This document shows, piece by piece, positions 55,372 to 64,000 of a DNA stretch of 64,000 nucleotides. This DNA comes from a virus, in the IMG/VR virus record IMGVR_UViG_3300007072_000008, positions 9,278 to 73,277 of that record; one strand, 5' to 3'. A model generated the notes under the pieces. It was not told the DNA's origin. It did not search any database and saw only the letters and a program-made list of their open reading frames with translations. The position numbers and the translations under genes are program-made. Numbering within the stretch: position 1 is the stretch's first letter; each line of letters begins with the position of its first letter.

Positions 55372-56322
55372 GTGTGGAAGAGTAAATTATATGATTTATA
55401 TATCAATAAAAAATATAGTATATCAAGAATTGCAATAGAATATAATATTAGTGTAGGTGCTGTTTATAATGAAATGTTAAAGCAGAAAATAGAATCTCGT
55501 AGTTCTAGTGAGGCTGCTTTGATTAGAACTGGAAGTAAATTAGATTATAATATATCATATTTGAATGAAAAAATTATAGAATGGGTTGATGGATTTTTAT
55601 TAGGTGATGGGTCAATTAATGTAAATAAACATGTAGGGAGGTTTACTTGTAGTACAAAACAGTTAGAATTTTGTCAATATTTAATGTCTGGATTAAGTAT
55701 TTATGATCCAAGTGAGCCGAAATTTTATAAATATAAATATAAAACATTAAATGGAAATGAGGGTTGTTGGCAGTCTTCATCCAGGTTTCACCCGGATATT
55801 TTTGATCAATATAAAAGGTGGTATCCCGGTGGAATAAAGTTAATTCCAACTGATATAAGAATTACTCCTGTTTCTATGATGTTATTTTATTTGGGGGATG
55901 GAACATTGGTTAAATCAAAGAATAATTCTATTGCTTTGCGACTGTCTTCTGATTGTTTTAAAAGAGATAATATAGAAAACACTTTAATAAACAAGATGCT
56001 TCAATTAGGGATTGAATGCAAAATAAATAATGAGGGAAGAATAAACATTCAATCAAATGGTATAAAGAATTGGTTTAATTTTATTGGGTGCAAATCTCCT
56101 ATAAGTTGTTTTGACTATAAGTTTGACTTACCTACCTGGCGTTTTACATCAATGAGAGCAAGTCAGGTTGCATCGATGCTATCTGTTAATCTGTCTAGGC
56201 TTCATTATTTGATTAAGATTGGCAAAGTGCCTTGTATCAGGGCTTCAAAAAACGGACGCCCTAGATTGGAAGAAAATTCTATCAATATTTGTAAGAAATT
56301 AATTCAACAGGGTGAACTGTGA
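55372..56322 (+). CDS. LAGLIDADG homing endonuclease with N- and C-terminal HTH motifs
   Basis: DGFLLGDGSI and LFYLGDGT; SISRIAIEYNIS HTH; ASQVASMLSV...KIGKVP HTH. Confidence 0.85.
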   Translation: MWKSKLYDLYINKKYSISRIAIEYNISVGAVYNEMLKQKIESRSSSEAALIRTGSKLDYNISYLNEKIIEWVDGFLLGDGSINVNKHVGRFTCSTKQLEFCQYLMSGLSIYDPSEPKFYKYKYKTLNGNEGCWQSSSRFHPDIFDQYKRWYPGGIKLIPTDIRITPVSMMLFYLGDGTLVKSKNNSIALRLSSDCFKRDNIENTLINKMLQLGIECKINNEGRINIQSNGIKNWFNFIGCKSPISCFDYKFDLPTWRFTSMRASQVASMLSVNLSRLHYLIKIGKVPCIRASKNGRPRLEENSINICKKLIQQGEL

Positions 56323-57473
56323 ACAAAGTCAAATCGATTATTTTCAGAACTACTGAACAAGACAACATAGAGCTTGATTTTAAATCAAGCTTGTTTGGTA
56401 TGTCAAAATCTAATTTGATTCGCCAGTCTGTGTCACACTTTTGGACTACTGACAGCGAAAAGCTGAAAAAATTATTTGTTATTTATCAAAATGAGCCTGA
56501 TAAAAGGAAAGATATAGTTTACATTTTATTTAAGCATTATAGAATAAGAGGGTTTCCTTACATTCAATTAAGTGATGAGAAACAACTTCAAATTATGGAA
56601 TCTCTTATTAACGGTTCTTCTCCATTGTTAGATAATGATACTTTGCAATCTACAACTTTTGGATTAAATTTGGCAAATTATTATCATCCCCATATGAATG
56701 AGGTCAAATATAGTAACTCCAAACATAAATCACCAGTGGAGATGTTTAATAGTGATGATGGTTTAAAAGATTGTATAAACAGGATGATGGAAATAGGTGA
56801 TTATCCGAGTTCATCTAATTTGCGTAAGATTCTGAAGAATAGGAATGGTGTTCGTAGTGTTTCTAATTTTAAGCCAGCTATTGCAAAATTTATTTACAAA
56901 AATTATGCCAATGATGGTATGGTTTTAGATCCATGCTCTGGATATTCTGGTAGATTAATAGGGGCAATAGCTACAAATATGGGTATACAGTATGACGGTA
57001 TTGATCCAGATGGTAGGACAGCAGTTGGTAATATGAAATGCGCTGCATTTTTTACTAAATATTATAATTTTAAATATACATTTCATTTAGGATGTGCAGA
57101 AGATATAATGAAAGGAATTACTACAAGATACAATTTAGTGTTTACTTCGCCGCCATATTTTAACATTGAAAGATATTCTGAAGAAGATAATCAAAGTTTT
57201 AAGCGATGGCCTGATTATAACAGTTGGTTAAACAATTTCTTATTTGAAATAGTAAGACAGTCGCTTAGGTTACTATTAAATTCTGGTTATTTAGTAATAA
57301 ATGTAAAAAATTATAAAAAATATCCTATTGCTGACGATTTATTAAAATATTGTATGCATAGCGGTTTCTTATTAGAGAAGACATATTATATGAAACTTAT
57401 GAATAGAGAGTTTAATTTGTCTAAAGGAAATTCATTTCACACGGAACCAATATTTGTATTTAAAAAGATATAA
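56319..57473 (+). CDS. amino-DNA methyltransferase (N4-C/N6-A) with an RHH-like N-terminus
   Basis: NFKPAIAK, VLDPCSGYSGRLIG, VFTSPPYFNIERY; N-terminal IIFR...MSKSNLIRQ. Confidence 0.88.
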   Translation: MNKVKSIIFRTTEQDNIELDFKSSLFGMSKSNLIRQSVSHFWTTDSEKLKKLFVIYQNEPDKRKDIVYILFKHYRIRGFPYIQLSDEKQLQIMESLINGSSPLLDNDTLQSTTFGLNLANYYHPHMNEVKYSNSKHKSPVEMFNSDDGLKDCINRMMEIGDYPSSSNLRKILKNRNGVRSVSNFKPAIAKFIYKNYANDGMVLDPCSGYSGRLIGAIATNMGIQYDGIDPDGRTAVGNMKCAAFFTKYYNFKYTFHLGCAEDIMKGITTRYNLVFTSPPYFNIERYSEEDNQSFKRWPDYNSWLNNFLFEIVRQSLRLLLNSGYLVINVKNYKKYPIADDLLKYCMHSGFLLEKTYYMKLMNREFNLSKGNSFHTEPIFVFKKI

Positions 57474-57475
57474 TT

Positions 57476-58984
57476 ATGCTAAATAAGGTATATAATTATG
57501 AATCTATTATATTAATTGAATTAACATTAGAGAAGGAAAAATTATCTATTCCATATCGTTCTAAAGATTATATTTGGGCCACATGTCGTTATTGTGGTAT
57601 GCCTCACCGCTTAAGTTTTGAAAAATACAAATCTGCGGGATCGGCATGTCACAAAGAGTGCAGTAAGAAGGAAAAACAACAGACATCTCCATTTAAGAAT
57701 GTCTCTATTTTACATAAATGTAAAGACACACTGCAAAGGAAATATGGTGTCGATAATCCTCAAAAAAGTTTAATAATAAGAAAGAAAACGGCTGTTACTA
57801 ATAAATATAAATATGGTTGTGAAAACGTATTTTCTTCTAATGATATAAAGGAAAAAATTAAAGCAACTCATATTAAGAAATATGGAGTAGACAATCCAGC
57901 CAAATCTTCAGATATAAAAGACAAACAAAGACAAAGTTTTTTAACTACTATAACCGGCAACGATATTTATTGTGTTCATAATTTACTGCAAAATCCCCTA
58001 TTTTGGGAACAGTTAAAAAATCAAACATTATATGAAATTTCAATAATACACGGAATAAAATATGGTAGCTTATTATCTGCTTTAAATGAGCCAAAATATA
58101 AAGAAAGATATAATTTAATATATACATATCCTAAATATCAGCAGCAAAAAGAGTTATATAACCATTTAAGTAAGTTTATTGATTGTACAATAAATGACAG
58201 AACAGTTATTGCACCTTATGAATTAGATATTTATATACCTATTAAAAAGTTTGCTATTGAATATAACGGTAATTACTGGCATTCAGAGGCTATATTAACT
58301 CCTGAACTCGCAAAAAATAAGCATATTATAAAAACTAATTTATGTTTGGATAAGGGGATAAGATTGTTTCACATATTTGAATCACATTGGTTACATAAGA
58401 AAGAGAAATTAATTTCATGCATAAAAGCAGCTTTGAATTGCAACCAACATAATATATATGCAAGAGAATGCAAGGTGGATGATTTCATTAATGTAAAGTC
58501 TTTTTTAGACGAATTCCATTTACAAGGTAGTTGTAATTATTTGAAGTCTTTTAGTTTATGCTATGCTGGTGAGATTGTTGGTTGTCTCACATTAGGTCGT
58601 CACCATCGGCAAAATACAGATCAGAATTCCGTTGTGTTAAATAGGTTATGCTACAGGTCTGATTATTCTGTTGTGGGTGGATCTGAAAGATTGTTCTCAT
58701 ATGCGATTAAATGGGCTAAAGACAATGGTTATAGTCGTATAATATCCTGGTCTGATAATGCTACTTCATCTGGGAACATTTATAAACGATTAGGTTTTAT
58801 TGAAACTAGCTTATACCCGCCTGATTATTTTTATTGGATAAAAAACAGCAATAGTTATCGCAGTAAACAAAATAGCAAGAAACCTAAAGGGTGCATGATG
58901 TCTGAGAGAGATTTTAATATAAGTAATGGTTTATATCGCATTTGGGACTGTGGAAAGAAGCGTTGGGTATATAATATTAATTGA
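57476..58984 (+). CDS. phage endonuclease (Vsr/Hef-like) with KYGVDNP repeats and a C-terminal GNAT/Mom-like domain
   Basis: KYGVDNP/KYGCENV repeats, ELDIYIP..AIEYNGNYWH, LNRLC..VVGG..RL, SGNIYKRLGF, RIWDCG. Confidence 0.8.
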   Translation: MLNKVYNYESIILIELTLEKEKLSIPYRSKDYIWATCRYCGMPHRLSFEKYKSAGSACHKECSKKEKQQTSPFKNVSILHKCKDTLQRKYGVDNPQKSLIIRKKTAVTNKYKYGCENVFSSNDIKEKIKATHIKKYGVDNPAKSSDIKDKQRQSFLTTITGNDIYCVHNLLQNPLFWEQLKNQTLYEISIIHGIKYGSLLSALNEPKYKERYNLIYTYPKYQQQKELYNHLSKFIDCTINDRTVIAPYELDIYIPIKKFAIEYNGNYWHSEAILTPELAKNKHIIKTNLCLDKGIRLFHIFESHWLHKKEKLISCIKAALNCNQHNIYARECKVDDFINVKSFLDEFHLQGSCNYLKSFSLCYAGEIVGCLTLGRHHRQNTDQNSVVLNRLCYRSDYSVVGGSERLFSYAIKWAKDNGYSRIISWSDNATSSGNIYKRLGFIETSLYPPDYFYWIKNSNSYRSKQNSKKPKGCMMSERDFNISNGLYRIWDCGKKRWVYNIN

Positions 58985-59185
58985 GAGCACACCGTCGTCA
59001 CTTCCCTGCAGGTGGATCACTAGATCGCCAAAATAAATTAAGCGGTGAATCTTTTTTGTGATTAATTTATTTGGTCGAAACAATGCTGTCTAGCCAAGTT
59101 CTGGTTGCAGGATATATTCTTAGGATGGGTTTCCTCAAGAAATTCTCAACATAAAGAGCTTCGGCATTAATTATAAGAGGTTTTT

Positions 59186-60537
59186 ATGACCAAGAGTATT
59201 ATTTTTTTGTATTGATCGAGATTTTGTTCGTAAGATTAAATTTTCATATACAGATGAATTAGGAAGAAAAACAGAATATACCATATATCATGCCTATCCT
59301 ACCTTGGCCCATTTTGTGGCAGGACTTATTCCTGACAATGTTAATCCTTGCTCTCATGGGGAAAGATCAATAAGGGGCAAAATCCCTAATGATATACGTG
59401 AGACAGTAGAAACTGAGCCTCAAAACTTTGTATTGGTTAATCGTGGCAGCACGATACTGAGTTCAAGAGTTCACTTTAATGAATAAAGTGGAAAATGGTT
59501 TTATATTTTGATCAGTTTGAAAAGCCTGATCCTATTCATGGTATAGTTGATGGTGCTACAACTGATGCTGTTATAAAAGATATCCAAAACGATATTGCCA
59601 AGTCTTTATTAGGTGAAAACGGTCAATTTTCTGATTTAATTACACAGGACCTATTTTCTCCAACAGATGAAAATGGTGAATTATATCAGTTAGCAAAGGC
59701 TCGTGTGCATTTGGAAATTATATCAGGCATTAAAGACAAAAGTGTTATTGCTAAATTAAGTCAAGGAAGGAACACCAGCACACAGGTTAAGAAAGAAACC
59801 ATGGCTCATTTTAATGGACATTTTGATTGGATAAAGGAAATTTTAGATAAACAAAAGTATGGTGTTAATATAGGATATGAAGAAAATGCAGATTCAGACA
59901 TTGATAAGTGTTAGCTATTGTTAATTTATTTCATGAAGAATATCAGGATGGGGAAAAATCTCTTTATATTTCTTATGTTAATAGATCTCAATTATTAAAT
60001 GAACGAATAATTCCCAATTCTAATAATGCTAATGTAATAGAAGGATTTAAGAAATTGAAGAATATTATTCCAGACATTTTAGAATTGAGAGATATAATTA
60101 TATCTGCTTTGCCTAAGATTTATAACAGTACAGGTGGAAAGTTTGGGGGGCTTGGAGGACCTAGTAAACCGATTTTTCGTAAATACAGGAAGAAAGAAGT
60201 TCTAGAATTTACGAATTTAGAACATGAATATCGTGTGCCGAATGGTGTTTTATATCCTTTATTGGCCTCTATGAGGGTATGAATAGGTTATAAGAATAAT
60301 TTAGCATATTGGAAATACGATCCGAAAGCTTTTTGGCAAAAATGTTCAACATCTTTAGTGAAACAAATGTTTGATGAATTTGTTTCAAACAATTATGCTG
60401 GAAATCATAATGCTTATGGACGTTCCCCCGCGGCATATTTATTTACAAAAGCTGAAAACCTGTTGTTAAAAACACTAGATTTTGACGCTTCAAAAGCAAC
60501 ATCTTTCCATAAACATGCTAAACAATTAGTTAGTTAA
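59186..60537 (+). pseudogene. AIPR family (abortive infection phage resistance) pseudogene
   Basis: fragments EPQNFVLVNRGSTI, GIVDGATT, GRNTSTQVK, YPLLASMR, W..DP..FW, NAYGR in several frames with stops and frameshifts. Confidence 0.7.
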
Positions 60538-60564
60538 TTGTAAACAATTAGTTATTTAATTGCA

Positions 60565-60603
60565 TAATAATACAGGTAGTTTCTTACCTGTATTATTTTT
60601 TTA
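60565..60603. terminator. intrinsic terminator between convergent units
   Basis: ataatacaggta-gtttct-tacctgtattat followed by a T-run. Confidence 0.8.
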
Positions 60604-60686
60604 TTAAAGCTTGAAATATTCTTTTGATATAACAATAGCAGTAGTACTGTTGTTTGTTAGCGATGCAGACACCTATTAGGATCATG

Positions 60687-61319
60687 TTATGCTGGTGTTT
60701 GGGTGTCTTGTTTCGGGGAATTGGATGGGATCCAAGCTTCTCTTTTGACTTGAATTATATCACCATTAGAACAGTAAATATGTATATTGCCCCAATCTTC
60801 AACTTTTATAACATCTATTCATTTACCGTCTATTTTGACTTTTAAATTAGACTTTCTATCTTTGTACTTTCGGATATCTTTTGCTTGAATGGTTTCTTCA
60901 TTTGCTTTTGTCGGTAGTTTATCTTGCCAGGCATCATATACTGCTTGCGAACAATGTACTGTTGGATTCCAATCTTCTGGTATTTTAAAATTTGTTTCAA
61001 ATATAAAATTTACTGCACTATCTAAAACCTCAGTTGGATAACCATATTCATTATGAAACAGATTCCTTAGATGTTTTTGTGCTCTCCAGGGTTGAAATTT
61101 GTTTTTTGCTAAACTATATTTTAATTGTGGAAGTAATGGATATTCGCATTTTATATGGTTAGTACTATATCTACTAATTTTCCAACCTAATATTTTAAGC
61201 CTTTCTATTATTGTAGAAAGGTTTAGACCTGCATCAGAAGCAGTTTTTATCCATCCTGCTTGATATCCAATTTTATACTAATCTGACTTGGATATCTTGA
61301 TCTTTTTCATTTTTTTCAT
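60687..61319 (-). pseudogene. tagged protein with a HicA-like segment, interrupted by TAG and TGA
   Basis: single frame MKKMKKIKISKSD*YKIGYQAGWIKTA...ERLKILGWKISRYSTNHIKCEYP...VKIDGK*IDVIKVED. Confidence 0.6.
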
Positions 61320-61520
61320 ATTTTTAGCGTCCTTCAGCCAAGACTTCTCTTTTCTTTGTTTTCTCGGATCATTCTGCTTTTCTTTGTCAGAACGTATTGT
61401 CTGTGTGTTAGTTGGTCGTGCCCCTGTCTCCTGACGCTGTAACCACTCAAAATGCCTTCTTCTTTTAAGCTCATCGAGAATAGCTGGTTTTTTATGCTTC
61501 TTAGCTGATTTTGATTTCAT
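61278..61520 (-). CDS. small basic hypothetical protein (in frame with the downstream tagged gene)
   Basis: 80-aa ORF; its last 13 codons are the start of the next gene. Confidence 0.5.
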   Translation of the reverse strand: MKSKSAKKHKKPAILDELKRRRHFEWLQRQETGARPTNTQTIRSDKEKQNDPRKQRKEKSWLKDAKNMKKMKKIKISKSD

Positions 61521-62139
61521 ATGTATATTATAGTTTGATCTAAAATATTGTTTTAATTTTATTAAAAAAATTCCTTTATAAAATAAGCTATGGATTTTTA
61601 TCCATAGATTATTATGGTTTACATTTTCTAAATCCCTGTAAACTCTAAAATTCGCAGTAAAGTTCGCGGCAAACCAGTGCTAGAAAGGAAACCATAAACG
61701 TCTTTGCAGAACAAGAATATCTTTCTCAGATTCTACAAATTATTGTTGAGTTGTGGAATGCATCTGGTAAAACAATGGTTATAATAAAATCATTACTGCA
61801 GTGGTTCTGGAAATATAAATTTCCACCAAATACAGACTTGCGTAGGGCTAACGAAGAAAAACCTTATTACTAATGGGCAAAAAACAAGGATTGAAAAAAG
61901 AAATTCTAACGGTTATGGTTGAAACAAAATTGGGTAACGTCTGTTATGAATGGAAATTATTCGTAATGATAATAATGCCACATTAGGTGAAATGTTAATT
62001 TTTGAAAATTAATGTAATAATGGTATCTATACTAATTTGCTAGCGTGTCAAAAATCAATGAATTGAAACCAGATAGTCCACAAACAGAGGTTGGAACTGA
62101 TTATTAATTAAATAAGTTATAAATCTATGTCAATAAAGA

Positions 62140-62400
62140 CCAAGGCTATTAGGAACATTTTTAAACCCTAAAGCCTTTGCAAATTGATAAGACCACCCTG
62201 CATCTGTAGCAATTTCTTCAATAATAGCATGAGGAACATTTTGGACCCCTAATCTTTTAGCAAAATAAACAGAATATATTTTGGAACTCTAAGTATTCTG
62301 CAAAGTCATAAGACCATTTTGGATATGTATTAATTTTGTTAATAACTATAGCAGAAAGATTTTTAAATTTGGTGTCTTTAGTAAACTTATAAAATATTGT
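62140..62400 (-). pseudogene. decayed helical-repeat protein
   Basis: broken repeats PKWSYDFAEYL / NVPHAIIEEIATDAGWSYQFAKALGFKNVP. Confidence 0.5.
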
Positions 62401-62572
62401 ATTCCTTTGTCGTTTAGCATTGCTGTTAACATTGGATTTAAAATTGGATTTAAAATTGCTACTGTTCCAGGTACTTTTTTGTCTAATATTTTTTCTATTT
62501 GCTATATTGGTAGAGTGCTTTCTTTATTTACTTGTGAATATTTTAACACTTTATATCGTTGCATAAATACCT

Positions 62573-64000
62573 TTATATTATTCCCGTAGTTGTTTTATGT
62601 ATTTCAGATTTTACTATATTATATATATCAGTATAAATTATTCCAAAAGACATATCTAATTTGTTAATAAAATTCTTGATATGATTATATTGTTGAAGTT
62701 TCATATAACGAGGGGTATAGATATATAGGTCCACATCAACGTTGTATAGTACTGGTGATTTAATTTCATGCATATTTCTTGCTACTTGACCTTCTTTAAT
62801 TATGATTTCATAGGTAAACATTTCTCCACTATTATTGTTAGTAAAAGGTTGTAATAAGAAAGTGTCTTCTCCAAAAAGTGTTTGTTCTTTATGCTCTTTA
62901 GTTTTCGAAATAGGCAATAAAATATTTTCTATATATGAAGTAATTTTATCTTTTATGTTTGCATTTTGTGTCTGTATCGTAACTCCAAAAATTTTACCAT
63001 GAGGTCCATGAATGTTCTCGGTATATGGCCGCATCGGTACTTCTATATGCCAACATGTATTGAACCTTACATTTGTGTGTTCATCAAAAACTTTAAAATT
63101 TGATAGCATATCTTCTAAAGGAAGAATGTCTTCATATACTTTTTGGAGAGGTTTGCAATTAATTAAAATATTTCTACAATTGTGTGCAATTTTTAATATA
63201 TTCTCATCGAATTCTTGCAATATTGCAGACAACCCTTTTAAATCATCTGGATTGTCAACAGAATATTCAAATTGCACTTGTATCCCCCGTTCATTTAATC
63301 TTGTGTCTTGAATGTACAAACCATCAAAACATTTTTGTGATAATAAACGGTTGATGTCTTGTATAGTGTCCTCATTGTTCCACAATGGTAAAACATCTGA
63401 TTTTTCTAAATTGAGTAAAATCCAAGGGATATAAATACCGCACGTCGTATAAATAAAGACATTTTCTTCTTCTTCTTCTGCTGTTGCGTATAAATATCCA
63501 TAACGTAATTTTATATCTAAAATATCATCAATCTCTGCTTGCCAAATAGCAGCATGATTGTGATTTTCTGCATTACGTAAATTTTTTGTATCTTGTTGAT
63601 CTTTAAAAAAGATATTTGTTAATTTAGAGGTGTTTGTATCTGTATATCCACCACCATATAATATAAAATGTTCATATCTAGGTGCTCCTCTGTATTTTTT
63701 AAACAAATCAGCTTGTTTTTTTCTTGCTATATCTATTACACTTTCTAAGAAATTGCTTATTTTGTTACCATACATTTTTTGTTCAGGAATTGCTAATTCT
63801 TCTCCAGTTTTTGTATTACATAATCTTCTTAGACGAACTCTAGAAATAGGTCTAATACCTTTTACATTACGAGTTTGATCTTCAAAAATCTCTGGATCAT
63901 CTAAATTGACTTTTTGTAAATCTTCCGTCTTAACTAGATATGCAACTGCTCCACCGTTAATGGCTTCATTTATAGCACAGTAGAAATAGCTACCCCCAGG
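62573..64000 (-). CDS. large conserved phage protein, 5' end outside the window
   Basis: the frame of ORF 62573..63775 stays open to the window edge (PGGSYFYCAINEA..GGAVAY...EIFED..R...RVRLRR...LAIPEQKMYG). Confidence 0.75.
   Translation of the reverse strand, partial: PGGSYFYCAINEAINGGAVAYLVKTEDLQKVNLDDPEIFEDQTRNVKGIRPISRVRLRRLCNTKTGEELAIPEQKMYGNKISNFLESVIDIARKKQADLFKKYRGAPRYEHFILYGGGYTDTNTSKLTNIFFKDQQDTKNLRNAENHNHAAIWQAEIDDILDIKLRYGYLYATAEEEEENVFIYTTCGIYIPWILLNLEKSDVLPLWNNEDTIQDINRLLSQKCFDGLYIQDTRLNERGIQVQFEYSVDNPDDLKGLSAILQEFDENILKIAHNCRNILINCKPLQKVYEDILPLEDMLSNFKVFDEHTNVRFNTCWHIEVPMRPYTENIHGPHGKIFGVTIQTQNANIKDKITSYIENILLPISKTKEHKEQTLFGEDTFLLQPFTNNNSGEMFTYEIIIKEGQVARNMHEIKSPVLYNVDVDLYIYTPRYMKLQQYNHIKNFINKLDMSFGIIYTDIYNIVKSEIHKTTTGII

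Noticed and set aside
58985-59160. Imperfect palindromes after the Hef-like gene, possible IS200/IS605 end or ncRNA
   Set aside because: Stems are weak and AT-rich, with no tnpA/tnpB nearby; cannot be supported.
60280-61280. Stop-codon reassignment (TGA/TAG read as Trp) suggested by three in-frame stops at Trp-like positions
   Set aside because: Long essential genes have no internal stops, many genes end in TGA or TAG, both stop types are involved, and no suppressor anticodon occurs among the tRNAs in this window; TGG-to-stop decay is simpler.

Overview
AT-rich segment of a large (jumbo-like) tailed dsDNA phage, read in the standard genetic code 11. The left third is mostly minus-strand accessory genes plus a minus-strand tRNA array (13 intact tRNAs and several decayed ones). 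The array is headed by what looks like a ribosome-dependent attenuator: a leader peptide, an antiterminator/terminator pair and a boxA-like element. Scattered plus-strand genes share an N-terminal M(N/Q)WY(K/Q) or 'W-x-(K/R)-IG...GWIKTA' tag and a common upstream AAGG motif. A 2.7-kb inverted-repeat-bounded restriction-modification cassette lies at 19.0-21.7 kb. From 25.4 to 55.2 kb is a plus-strand head module: TIGR03790-like and glycoside-hydrolase-like proteins, large terminase, many K-x-A-rich head proteins, a portal with two inteins and a fused DUF559-type nuclease, a 1980-aa prohead protease/scaffold, a decoration protein and the major capsid protein. It is followed by a LAGLIDADG endonuclease, a DNA methyltransferase, a Vsr/Hef-like endonuclease and several pseudogenes (AIPR, HicA-like, repeat proteins). 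All family calls are by motif recognition only; no searches were run.
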